The notes beneath the pieces were generated by a model that saw only the letters and a list, made by a program, of their open reading frames with translations, had not been told where the DNA came from and did not search any database. Source: Candidatus Heimdallarchaeota archaeon (GTDB lineage: Archaea; Asgardarchaeota; Heimdallarchaeia; Heimdallarchaeales; Heimdallarchaeaceae). Taken from it: a stretch of 47,072 bases of DNA. Shown here one piece after another: positions 1 to 8,754 of the stretch. Made by a program: the position numbers and the translations under genes. The stretch's first letter is position 1. The number at the start of each line of letters is the position of its first letter. The stretch is taken from NCBI GenBank assembly GCA_019057375.1, contig DXJF01000107.1:1-47072 (forward strand), written 5' to 3'.

Positions 1-180
1 GCTGATTTAAGGGTTAGTTCAAGTGTTGTTGGAAAAGAAGCAGCTTCTTTAATTGAAGTTTCATTCTCTAATATTGTTATTGAGAAAGAAAGTTACATAA
101 TCAAAGAAGGGGAACCTGAGGAAAAAGTTGAAAATCTTTTAGCAAAACTGAAAGAAGATGAGGTAAAATTAGGAGCGTGA
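1..180 (+). CDS. etfB: Electron transfer flavoprotein beta subunit (FixA/EtfB), 3' end only
   Basis: Frame 1 is open from the window edge (ADLRVSS...EGEPEEKVENLLAKLKEDEVKLGA*, TGA 178-180). The C-terminus is EtfB-like and lies directly before etfA. Confidence 0.75.
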   Translation, partial: ADLRVSSSVVGKEAASLIEVSFSNIVIEKESYIIKEGEPEEKVENLLAKLKEDEVKLGA

Positions 181-182
181 TT

Positions 183-1145
183 ATGGTGAAAACATTAGTT
201 TTTGGTCAAGTCAGAGAAGATAATATCGAGGAAAACACTCTTGGAGTCTTAAACAAATTAACAGAGATTTCTGGAATCAGTGAAGTTATAGTTGCCTTAT
301 TCGGTCATCAGATTAAAGATGAATGGATAACAGAACTTGGAAAGCATGGTGCTTCAAGAGTTGTTTCTGTAAAAGCTCCTGAACTAGAAGTCTATCTTAG
401 TAGACCTTATGTTAAAGCAATGCTAGAGGTTATTGAAAAAACTGAACCTAAGTTAGTTATCGCTGCAGGAACTGTATATGGAGAAGATTTAATTCCAAGA
501 CTTGCAGTTCATCATGGAGTTTCATGTGCTCAACGTATCAATGATATTTCAATAGTTGGTGAAGAACTACACTTCCATACTCCAGTTAGAGATGATCAAG
601 CAATGAAAGTTACCAGAATTGAAGGTGCTATTAAGTTCGCAACTTCCAGAGCTGGTGCATTCTTTGTAAATGAAAATCCAACAGGTGGTTCACCAAATGT
701 TGAATCTTTTGATGTTACTTTCAGTGAAGAAGATATGCTTGTAAAGCATATAGAAATCAAGAAAGCTGAGAGAACTGTTAATTTGAAAGACGCAAAGATT
801 ATAGTTGCAGGTGGAAGAGGAGTTGGTGGAAAGGAACAATTCCAGATTATTAGAGAACTTGCTGAGATATTGGGTGGTGAAATAGGAGCAACTCGAGCTT
901 GTACAGATGTTCATTGGATTGAAGAAACATATGAGATTGGTCAAACAGGACAATCAGTTTCACCAGACCTATATATTGCTGCAGGTATAAGTGGCGCTCC
1001 ACAACATGTGAGTGGTATCAAAGCAAAAACTCTGATAGCAATAAACACTGATGAAGGAGCTGCAATCTTTAACTTTGCTGATTATGGTATTGTTGGAGAT
1101 CTTCATGTAATCCTTCCTATCCTTAAGCAAAAGCTTCAAGGATAA
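183..1145 (+). CDS. etfA: Electron transfer flavoprotein alpha subunit (FixB/EtfA)
   Basis: FAD-binding motifs IIVAGGRGVG, GATRA, IGQTGQSVSPDLYIAAGISGAPQH, AINTD. ATG 183 preferred over GTG 177. Confidence 0.95.
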   Translation: MVKTLVFGQVREDNIEENTLGVLNKLTEISGISEVIVALFGHQIKDEWITELGKHGASRVVSVKAPELEVYLSRPYVKAMLEVIEKTEPKLVIAAGTVYGEDLIPRLAVHHGVSCAQRINDISIVGEELHFHTPVRDDQAMKVTRIEGAIKFATSRAGAFFVNENPTGGSPNVESFDVTFSEEDMLVKHIEIKKAERTVNLKDAKIIVAGGRGVGGKEQFQIIRELAEILGGEIGATRACTDVHWIEETYEIGQTGQSVSPDLYIAAGISGAPQHVSGIKAKTLIAINTDEGAAIFNFADYGIVGDLHVILPILKQKLQG

Positions 1146-1147
1146 TC

Positions 1148-1176
1148 TTTTTTCTATCTTGAACAAACTTTAAATA
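1148..1176 (+). promoter_or_regulatory. Oligo-T terminator after etfA (1148-1153) followed by TATA box TTTAAATA (1169-1176) for the downstream orphan gene
   Basis: T6 immediately after the etfA stop. TATA-like box lies ~23 nt before GTG 1199, the usual spacing for leaderless archaeal transcripts. Confidence 0.5.
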
Positions 1177-1198
1177 AAAAAATTGAGTGGTTATTATC

Positions 1199-1885
1199 GT
1201 GAAAGGCTTATTCAGAAATGAACGAATAAATGAACTGAAAAACAATAGAGCTCCTATTAAGATTCCTGAAACAGCAAAGATAGTTTTACATCTTATCGCA
1301 GAGGAATCTTCAACTATCGATAAGAACTACAATATTGAAATTATCTCACGAAATCCAAAATTTCTGAAACCTATCAAATATATAGGAATGGAAATGAGCC
1401 ACACATTCGATGGTTTTCTTACTTATACCACAGATTTATCTGGTGGAGCAAGATCATATGCTCATTTATATCGAAGAGGAATAATAGAAGCTGTAGAAGG
1501 AAGTCTACTAAAACCAATTGTAGAGAAAAAAGAGATTCCTAGTATAGATTTTGAGAGGGAAATAATTACAGCAATTCCAGATTATGTAGAAGTTTTCAAA
1601 CGAATAAATGTTAAACCCCCTTTCAGTTTGTTTCTTTCTCTTGTTGGTGTTGAAGGATATTTAATGAAATTGAATAAAGAGATACTTGGAGCAATTACAA
1701 CACCGATTCAAGAAGATGTAATAAAACTAGATGAAATTTACATTGAAGAATATCCAGAAACAGAAAGTATACCTATTTTAACCCAAACTTGGTTTGATGA
1801 CATTTGGAATGCTTGTGGTATGTTCAAATCCTTTAACTATGATGAAAATGGAAATTGGGGATATGGCTTGAATTCGTCTGAATAG
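1199..1885 (+). CDS. Hypothetical protein resembling the C-terminal domain of Schlafen/AlbA_2 (ATP-binding, HTH-annotated) proteins, without the N-terminal AlbA domain
   Basis: Pattern KIVLHLI...DGFLTY...SYAHLYRRGIIEAV...IPSIDFE...PPFSLFLSLVGVEGY...FDDIWNACG...NYDENGNW recalls that family's C-terminal half. Start is GTG 1199 or 1187. Confidence 0.55.
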   Translation: MKGLFRNERINELKNNRAPIKIPETAKIVLHLIAEESSTIDKNYNIEIISRNPKFLKPIKYIGMEMSHTFDGFLTYTTDLSGGARSYAHLYRRGIIEAVEGSLLKPIVEKKEIPSIDFEREIITAIPDYVEVFKRINVKPPFSLFLSLVGVEGYLMKLNKEILGAITTPIQEDVIKLDEIYIEEYPETESIPILTQTWFDDIWNACGMFKSFNYDENGNWGYGLNSSE

Positions 1886-1908
1886 TACGAATTTGACAAG
1901 TAACATAG

Positions 1909-1918
1909 TTTATAAATA
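1909..1918 (+). promoter_or_regulatory. TATA box of fixC
   Basis: TTTATAAATA ends 23 nt before the fixC ATG (1941). Confidence 0.6.
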
Positions 1919-1940
1919 AATACTTAGAAATCAAATCATA

Positions 1941-3236
1941 ATGTCAGAAGAATTTGATTTTGATGTGGCTATTGTTGGTGCAGGACCTGCTGGTATTTCA
2001 GCAGCTTTAACACTTGCTCAAGCTGGTATCGAAACTGTTGTTTTAGAAAGAGGACAATATTCTGGTGCTAAGAATGTTAGTGGTGCAGCTTTATATGGCC
2101 CCATCCTAAATGAAATAGTCCCAAATTACTGGGAAGATGAGAATTCATTTGAAAGATATCTTACAACCAAAAAAATAACGCTACTCTCAGAGTCTAAAAG
2201 TGTAACAATTGATGCAGATCTTAGGAATTTCGCTCAAGTTCCATACAATGGTGTGACAGTTATAAGACCTAAGTTTGACCGCTGGTTAGCAGACAAAGCA
2301 GAACAAGCTGGAGCTATGATCTTACTAGATACAATGGTAGAAGACTTAGTGTGGAATGATAAACAAGTTATTGGTGTAAAATCAGGAGATGAAGTTCTTA
2401 AAGCGAAACTAGTAATTATTGCAGAGGGTGCAAATAACATACTGGTTGAAAAAGCAAAACTTGCTAAAAAACCAAAAGCTCGTCATTTTGCTCTAGGTAT
2501 GAAAGAGACCTATAAACTACCTAAGAAAAAAATGGAAGAGAGATTTCATTTAGATGATAAAGAAGGTATTAGCAATGAAATTTTAGGGTATTCAAAAGGT
2601 ATTCCTGGTGGAGGGTTTTACTACACAAATCAGGATACTGTTTCTTTCGGACTCATTCTTAATATGGATGTTTTAACCAAGAAAAAACTGGAAGCACCGG
2701 AAGTTTTTGAGGAGTTCAAGGAACATTCCTATATCAAAAAACTGCTGAAAGACGCCGAGATGATAGAATATTCTGCCCATATAATTCCAGAAGGTGGTTT
2801 CAAACACATGCCAAAATTATATGGTAATGGCGTTTTAGTCGTCGGTGATGCAGCTAGTATGGTTTTGAATGCAGGTTTATACATAGAGGGGATAAATTTC
2901 GCCTTAGAATCAGGTAAAGTGGCTGGAGAAGCAGCAATAGAAATATTGCAGACAGATGATTATACTAAAAATCAAACTAAGCTATACAAGAAGAAACTTA
3001 AGGAGAGCTTCGCTTACAAAGACCTTAAAACATTCAGAAGAGCTTCACACTTTCTAGAAAATAAAATGATGTTTACCTATGTTCCTGATTTATTGACAGG
3101 ATTGTTCGAAAAACTATTACGAAATAATGGATATCCAAGGAAGAGAATAGTAAAATCAGCCATAGGATACGTTTTCAAGAAAGGAAAATTGTTTAGATTA
3201 TTTAAACTTCTAATAGGAGCGGTGAGATCATTATGA
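1941..3236 (+). CDS. fixC: ETF:quinone oxidoreductase flavoprotein FixC
   Basis: GAGPAG Rossmann motif, LERG..GAKNVSG, RPKFDRWL, EYSAHIIPEGG, VGDAA; followed by fixX. Confidence 0.92.
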   Translation: MSEEFDFDVAIVGAGPAGISAALTLAQAGIETVVLERGQYSGAKNVSGAALYGPILNEIVPNYWEDENSFERYLTTKKITLLSESKSVTIDADLRNFAQVPYNGVTVIRPKFDRWLADKAEQAGAMILLDTMVEDLVWNDKQVIGVKSGDEVLKAKLVIIAEGANNILVEKAKLAKKPKARHFALGMKETYKLPKKKMEERFHLDDKEGISNEILGYSKGIPGGGFYYTNQDTVSFGLILNMDVLTKKKLEAPEVFEEFKEHSYIKKLLKDAEMIEYSAHIIPEGGFKHMPKLYGNGVLVVGDAASMVLNAGLYIEGINFALESGKVAGEAAIEILQTDDYTKNQTKLYKKKLKESFAYKDLKTFRRASHFLENKMMFTYVPDLLTGLFEKLLRNNGYPRKRIVKSAIGYVFKKGKLFRLFKLLIGAVRSL

Positions 3237-3544
3237 GCAAATCAAACAAACCCAAAACACTAGAGGAAAAACTGGATTTAACAAAAATTACAACCGATCA
3301 TAATTATGCACATATTGAGATAAATCCGGAAATCTGTAAAGCAAAGTGTACAACTTATGAGTGTGTTTATGGATGCCCAGCAAATTGCTACAAATTTACA
3401 GAAGGAGAGGAAATTGAAGGACCTGTTGTCTTTGATTATGTAGCGTGTTTAGAATGTGGGACATGTCGTCTTGTTTGTCCTCATGACAGTGTTGATTGGA
3501 AATATCCTAAAGGTGGATTTGGAGTAGAATTCAAGCACAGCTGA
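3233..3544 (+). CDS. fixX: Ferredoxin-like protein FixX
   Basis: CxxxCxxxxCxxxCPANCY and ACLECGTCRLVCP clusters, W.YPKGGFGV tail, 4-nt overlap with fixC. Confidence 0.92.
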   Translation: MSKSNKPKTLEEKLDLTKITTDHNYAHIEINPEICKAKCTTYECVYGCPANCYKFTEGEEIEGPVVFDYVACLECGTCRLVCPHDSVDWKYPKGGFGVEFKHS

Positions 3545-3621
3545 ATTTATCCAATTTCCTCATTTTCTCCTTTAAATATTCAAATGTGGTTATTTTCTTA
3601 GTAATTATTTGGTACATTTGT

Positions 3622-4896
3622 ATGTTAATTGAGAAATATCAAGCAAAATCACTAATTAGGACATCCAAGAGAAGTCCTCACCATATTCATTTGAATATTT
3701 ATCAAGGATGCTTTCACAACTGTTCATACTGTGATGGAAAATCTGATGAATATTTTATGCATGATGATTATAGCAATAAGATTAGAGCTAAGATTAATGC
3801 ACCAGATTTACTTGAAGAATATCTTATTAACAAAGGTTTTTTACCAATTAATAGAGAAAAAACAAACACACTTTTGGATTTCATGCCTCAATCAAAGAGA
3901 AAAAAAATATCAAGTAATAATCCAAAATTCATCATTAATATTTTTGGCAATATTTGTGATGTTTATCAACCTGCTGAAGCGGAATTAGAAATAACGAAAA
4001 AAGTTCTTCAAATAGCTTATGATTATAGTTTCCCAGTTAGAATATTAACTAAAAGTGCTCTAGTCTTACGAGATATTGATTTGATAAAAAAAATCAATCA
4101 AGATACATTTGCAAGGGTCGCATTTACGATCACCCTCTCTGACCCACATGAACAACTTATTTTTGAACCCAATTCAAGTTCAACAAATGAAAGGCTGTCA
4201 GCACTTAAGAAATTTAGAGAAGAAGGAATTTCTGCAGGGGTTTATATTACTCCCGTAATTCCGTGGATAGGAGATACAAATACAAATCTGATTGAGCTTT
4301 TTCAGCAATTGAAAGATGCAAAAGCAGAATTTGTCATAACTGGAGGATTAACATTAAAACCTGGCAGAAACAAAGAAGATTTTCTGAAAATAATTGATGA
4401 ATATCACCCAGAGTTATTGGTTTTATATGATGAGCTGTATAGAAATAACTCTATTTATGGCCAACCAGAAATGAAAATTTGGGAGAAATACAAATTGCAG
4501 AATCCAATAAAACAAGGCTATCACATGAGTAAGGAATACGGCATAAATTTCTATGAACCGCGTTATATTCCAGAAGGGACAATAAGAACAAATCTTGAAA
4601 TTGCAACTGTACTGTCTAGAATTGCTTTTCTCATGGGGGAAATTTATGAGGAATCTTGGCAAAAAGCATTCGAAATCCGAGAAGCAGCTATTGAATTGGA
4701 AAATTATTCTTCAGACATTAGTCTGATGCAATTTGAAGAAATCCTCTCCCTGCCTTTTGAAAAACATGTTTTTCGACACATAATTGAAATGCTTCAAACA
4801 GGAAAAAGCAGTTATCTAATAAAAAAAGAAGATTATTCTCAGCTTTTTTTCAAAATTGATGATTTTTTTTCTAAAAACTCTTCTTCCTTGCGATAA
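3622..4896 (+). CDS. Radical SAM protein of the spore-photoproduct-lyase-like family, with a C-terminal PolX 8-kDa-like helical domain
   Basis: YQGCFHNCSYC (CxxxCxxC), DVYQPAE, ILTKSALVLRDIDL, EPNSSSTNERL, PVIPWI. ATG 3622 preferred. Confidence 0.85.
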   Translation: MLIEKYQAKSLIRTSKRSPHHIHLNIYQGCFHNCSYCDGKSDEYFMHDDYSNKIRAKINAPDLLEEYLINKGFLPINREKTNTLLDFMPQSKRKKISSNNPKFIINIFGNICDVYQPAEAELEITKKVLQIAYDYSFPVRILTKSALVLRDIDLIKKINQDTFARVAFTITLSDPHEQLIFEPNSSSTNERLSALKKFREEGISAGVYITPVIPWIGDTNTNLIELFQQLKDAKAEFVITGGLTLKPGRNKEDFLKIIDEYHPELLVLYDELYRNNSIYGQPEMKIWEKYKLQNPIKQGYHMSKEYGINFYEPRYIPEGTIRTNLEIATVLSRIAFLMGEIYEESWQKAFEIREAAIELENYSSDISLMQFEEILSLPFEKHVFRHIIEMLQTGKSSYLIKKEDYSQLFFKIDDFFSKNSSSLR

Positions 4897-4933
4897 ATTT
4901 TAAATAAAGACCGTGTATATGTTCTTGAGTTTA

Positions 4934-5797
4934 ATGAGTGAATTGGATAATTTAAAAGATATCATTCCTGATGTAATCTCTGGATTCGTCCGTTATGCAG
5001 ACTTTGATGCTATTCCTGAAACATTTCCTATAAAGAATAAAGAAGTTCTTTTACCCTTACTTAAGAGATTAAAAGAAGCTGGTTCTAATGGATGTTTGTT
5101 CTATCTATATGATGAGGAAATGGTTAATTTTCTTAATGCATTACATTCTGAGATGAAAGATTTCCCCATAATGATTATCGTCCGTTTTGGTGATATTAGT
5201 ACGATCACAACATTGTTACAAGCCTTAGAGTTTAAACCTTTTGTGATTTTCTTAGACTATTCTATTTCTGATCAAAGAGATACTGAGATAGTTCTGAAAT
5301 ATTCTAACTCAGTTTCTAAATTTACAGAACATATAGGGATATTTAGTATTGAACCAATTGGTACTGTTTCATTCTTCATAACAGCAAATCCTGATATCAA
5401 AATCTACCTAATTCCTTTCAATCTGCTTGGTTTTGGTGTTCAAAATAGAAGTTTGCTTGAAATGATAGTCAATTCATCTGAAAATCTTTACATTACAATG
5501 AACCCATTAGCTCAAGGACGAGTAAAATCTCGCCAATCTTTCGATTATATAACGACCCATAAAATTCATGGTGCTCTAGTTGAGATTGGAGAAGCAGAAC
5601 TCAACCTAGAAACAACAAAATTTGCCAAATACTTTTTTGAAACTCATGATTTCCTACAAATTGCTCTTGAGTTTGAAGACCATTCAGAAGTATGTGATAC
5701 ATGCGGTTTAGGCATGTATAGATATTACCCTCCTTCTGGAGGTAGTTGGTTCTATTGTCCTCAATGTCAAGCTAAGAAGGAAATTCCAAAAGGTTAG
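4934..5797 (+). CDS. Hypothetical protein: degenerate aldo/keto-reductase-like TIM barrel plus C-terminal Zn ribbon
   Basis: LIPFNLLGFG...ITMNPLAQGRV resembles AKR-like C-terminal strands. CDTCG...CPQC at the C-terminus. Start (4913/4919/4934) uncertain. Confidence 0.5.
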   Translation: MSELDNLKDIIPDVISGFVRYADFDAIPETFPIKNKEVLLPLLKRLKEAGSNGCLFYLYDEEMVNFLNALHSEMKDFPIMIIVRFGDISTITTLLQALEFKPFVIFLDYSISDQRDTEIVLKYSNSVSKFTEHIGIFSIEPIGTVSFFITANPDIKIYLIPFNLLGFGVQNRSLLEMIVNSSENLYITMNPLAQGRVKSRQSFDYITTHKIHGALVEIGEAELNLETTKFAKYFFETHDFLQIALEFEDHSEVCDTCGLGMYRYYPPSGGSWFYCPQCQAKKEIPKG

Positions 5798-5806
5798 CTT
5801 AGGTAG

Positions 5807-6397
5807 GTGGCTTCAATTAAATCCTGTCCATTTTGTGGAAAAGAGATACTAGACATAAGTTTTTTCTGTTCTTTTTGTGGAAAGAAAGTAAAAGAAGAAA
5901 CAGATGAGAATGAACTCAGGGTATCTGAAAGAGTAGGAAAATCTTTTCAAAAGACAGTTAGTAGTTTTAAGCAGCAAGCAGCAAAATTACTTACAAACTT
6001 AGAGCAGAAAGTGGATAACTCTACATCTTTATCCTTTGTTAATAAACAGAGAATTTCAAATTTACTCAATCAATTTCAAGATAAAGAACAAATTGAACTT
6101 GCTGAAGAAACTCCTGAGATTTCAGAATGGGCTACACTTGTTGAAGAGGCGATATCTGGTAAGAAATGTATAATTTGCTTGCAAGATTTTAAAATAGATA
6201 ATCAAATCGAAACTAAAGTTATCCTATGCCCTGAATGCAACTATGCTGGACATGTAAAACATTTCATTGTTTGGTTGGATAAGAAAAAATCCTGTCCAAT
6301 GTGTAGATCAGAATTAGACAAAAGCAAGTTACTTAGAGGTTTTCTAACAATAAAAGATGGCAAAATGGTATTCTCAAGCTGGGAAAAGAGTGTTTAG
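5807..6397 (+). CDS. Double zinc-ribbon + RING-finger protein (candidate E3 ubiquitin ligase)
   Basis: N-terminal CPFCG...CSFCG. C-terminal CIIC-x16-CPEC-x4-HxxH-x2-WL-x5-CPMCR. Confidence 0.75.
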   Translation: MASIKSCPFCGKEILDISFFCSFCGKKVKEETDENELRVSERVGKSFQKTVSSFKQQAAKLLTNLEQKVDNSTSLSFVNKQRISNLLNQFQDKEQIELAEETPEISEWATLVEEAISGKKCIICLQDFKIDNQIETKVILCPECNYAGHVKHFIVWLDKKKSCPMCRSELDKSKLLRGFLTIKDGKMVFSSWEKSV

Positions 6398-6404
6398 GAA
6401 CAAG

Positions 6405-7217
6405 TTATTTGTTTCTTCGTTGAGTCATCTCTTCTCTAAATCCATTTAGAAGAAGTTTATACTCTTCAGCTTTTTGAACAGAATCATCTGAATAGATAAT
6501 TGGTCCTCCAACTGTTATCAAAGATTTGCTATCATAGTGAAAAATTGTACTTTTTACAATGAGATGCTGTTTACCATACAATGGAACCATTGCAACTACA
6601 TTGTCGCCTATTTTTTCTCTAATTCGTCCGACATCCTTAGAATCTATATGTTCTGCATTACCTATCCAAAAACCGTCAACTTGAGCTTTTTTGCACCGTT
6701 CTGCGATATAAAGATAGATAGGTTTCTCATCTAATTGCGCAATTTTGTAAAAAATAGATTCTGGATTGGAAAGAAGTGTCAAAACTATAATCCCTAAATC
6801 CTTTTGGTGAGCAAGCAAAGAAGCTTTTTCGATATTTGCTCCAAAGGGAGAAAATGTAAAAGCATCAAATCCCTCTTCTTTAAACCAGAAAATTGCTGAT
6901 TCATTAGAGGTATCAATATCACTTAATTTGTGATCAATAATAGATAACATCTCATTTTGATGAATAAGAATATTTAGTGATCTTATTTCATCCGCAGTAA
7001 GACCAATTAAGAACTGCCTATTTATTTTAATTACTGAAGTATGAGGAGCTACATCTTTAATCATGGTTCGCATGAAATCAAGTCTATCATCATCCTTCAT
7101 TGTATATTTACTTCTTTGAGATGGTAGAACAGGATCAAGTCCAACACACAAGATACTATTCTTGTGTGAAACAATCTTCAGATATCTTTGAAGAAATGAA
7201 TTCTGAGATGAAACCAT
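6405..7217 (-). CDS. OMP decarboxylase paralog with a degenerate phosphate-binding site
   Basis: LCVGLDP and DHKLSDI (DxKxxD) retained and full-length homologous to pyrF at 22700. PGVGAQGG is changed to PLYGKQHL and VGRS to VGGP. Confidence 0.8.
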   Translation of the reverse strand: MVSSQNSFLQRYLKIVSHKNSILCVGLDPVLPSQRSKYTMKDDDRLDFMRTMIKDVAPHTSVIKINRQFLIGLTADEIRSLNILIHQNEMLSIIDHKLSDIDTSNESAIFWFKEEGFDAFTFSPFGANIEKASLLAHQKDLGIIVLTLLSNPESIFYKIAQLDEKPIYLYIAERCKKAQVDGFWIGNAEHIDSKDVGRIREKIGDNVVAMVPLYGKQHLIVKSTIFHYDSKSLITVGGPIIYSDDSVQKAEEYKLLLNGFREEMTQRRNK

Positions 7218-7273
7218 GAAAAATGATTCTTGTGAGTATATTTAACAATTTGTTTATTAGAAGTGGTATTAAT

Positions 7274-7289
7274 TTGCATCGTATTGCAA
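7274..7289. promoter_or_regulatory. Putative operator TTGCA-N6-TGCAA in the pyrF-like/pyrB divergent promoter
   Basis: TTGCATCGTATTGCAA. The same motif recurs at 17324 and 17474. It sits about midway between TATA-like boxes at ~7236-7243 (-) and 7323-7330 (+). Confidence 0.6.
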
Positions 7290-7364
7290 TAAATCGGTCA
7301 TTTTCTTAAGGTAAACGTATTGTTTATAATTGATTATTTTCTCACTAATTTGAGAGATAGATAA

Positions 7365-8291
7365 ATGAAAATTGAGCATTTATTTTCAGTTAGAGAAATG
7401 TCAAAAAAGGATATATTCAACACCTTCTCTCTAGCTAGCAAAATTGAACAAAACCCTGAAAAATATTCTAACTCCTGCAAAAACAAAATTTTAGCAGCAC
7501 TTTTTTTTGAATCCAGTACTAGAACTAGATTATCCTTTGAAAGTGCAATGTTGAGACTAGGAGGGCAAATTCTTGGATTTACAAGTGCAAAAGTCAGTAG
7601 TGCAGCGAAAGGGGAGAGTATCACCGATACAATCAGAATGACAAATCATTATGCACACATAGCTGTAATTCGTCACTTCATGGAAGGTGTAGGAGAATTA
7701 GCAAAAGAATTTGCTACAATTCCAATGATTTCAGGTGGAACAGGAACACAAGAACATCCCACTCAAGCTTTGTTAGACCTTTATACAATTCACAAGGAAT
7801 TTGAAGATATTGAGGATTTGAACATAGGTATAATGGGGGACCTCCTTTATGGTCGAACAATTCCTTCTCTTCTTTTTGCTTTATCCAAATTTGAGAATAT
7901 CAAATTACATCTGATTTCACCTCCTGCTTTAAGGATTAGAGACAATGTAGATTTTAGACTAAAAGAGACCAATTTGAACTATTCTGTAGTTGATAATATG
8001 AAGGAAGTTATTGATGAGCTAGATGTTTTATATGTAACCAGAATTCAAAAAGAAAGATTTCCTGATCCAACTGATTATGAAAGATTAAAAGATGTGTACA
8101 ATATCAAATCTTCTGATATTGAAAATGCTAAAGATAATCTAATCATTATGCACCCTCTACCTAGAATTACTGAAATTAGCTATGAAATTGATGCCCTCAA
8201 ACAAGCTAGATATTTTGATCAAGCGAAGAATGGAGTATGGGTTAGAATGGCTCTGATTTTGAAGTTTTTAGGACTTGATATTAATGAATAA
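7365..8291 (+). CDS. pyrB: Aspartate carbamoyltransferase catalytic subunit
   Basis: FFESSTRTRLSF, KGESITDT, HPTQALLD, GDLLYGRT, YVTRIQKERF, MHPLPR. Confidence 0.98.
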   Translation: MKIEHLFSVREMSKKDIFNTFSLASKIEQNPEKYSNSCKNKILAALFFESSTRTRLSFESAMLRLGGQILGFTSAKVSSAAKGESITDTIRMTNHYAHIAVIRHFMEGVGELAKEFATIPMISGGTGTQEHPTQALLDLYTIHKEFEDIEDLNIGIMGDLLYGRTIPSLLFALSKFENIKLHLISPPALRIRDNVDFRLKETNLNYSVVDNMKEVIDELDVLYVTRIQKERFPDPTDYERLKDVYNIKSSDIENAKDNLIIMHPLPRITEISYEIDALKQARYFDQAKNGVWVRMALILKFLGLDINE

Positions 8292-8754
8292 TGAAAAGAA
8301 TAAATTAATAGTAACTAAAATCGAAGACGGAACTGTTATTGATAGAATTCCACCAGGAAAAGCATTACGCGTATTGGAAGTTCTTGGCATTGATTCCAAC
8401 TATCCCTATACTGTTGCATTGGCTATTCGAGTTCGTTCTAAAAAGAGATCCTTAAAGGATGTTGTCAAGATAAAAGGAAAAATACTTAGTGAAAAAGAAG
8501 TTCAAAAAATGTCCTTTATTGCTCCTGGTGCATGTGTAAACATTATCAAGAATTTTGAAGTTGAAGAGAAAATCAAACTAGAAATACCTAATCATGTTGA
8601 GGAATTCATCGATTGTTTGAATCCAAATTGTGTTTCAAATGCAAATGAACCTATAGATTCTTCATTTGATATTGTATCAAAAGATCCTTTGATTCTTCAA
8701 TGTATCTACTGTGATAGAATTATGGAAGAGAAATATCTCAGTGGACAGCTATAG
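8284..8754 (+). CDS. pyrI: Aspartate carbamoyltransferase regulatory subunit
   Basis: KIEDGTVIDRI, KDVVKI, Zn motifs CLNPNCVSN and CIYCDR. Confidence 0.96.
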   Translation: MNNEKNKLIVTKIEDGTVIDRIPPGKALRVLEVLGIDSNYPYTVALAIRVRSKKRSLKDVVKIKGKILSEKEVQKMSFIAPGACVNIIKNFEVEEKIKLEIPNHVEEFIDCLNPNCVSNANEPIDSSFDIVSKDPLILQCIYCDRIMEEKYLSGQL

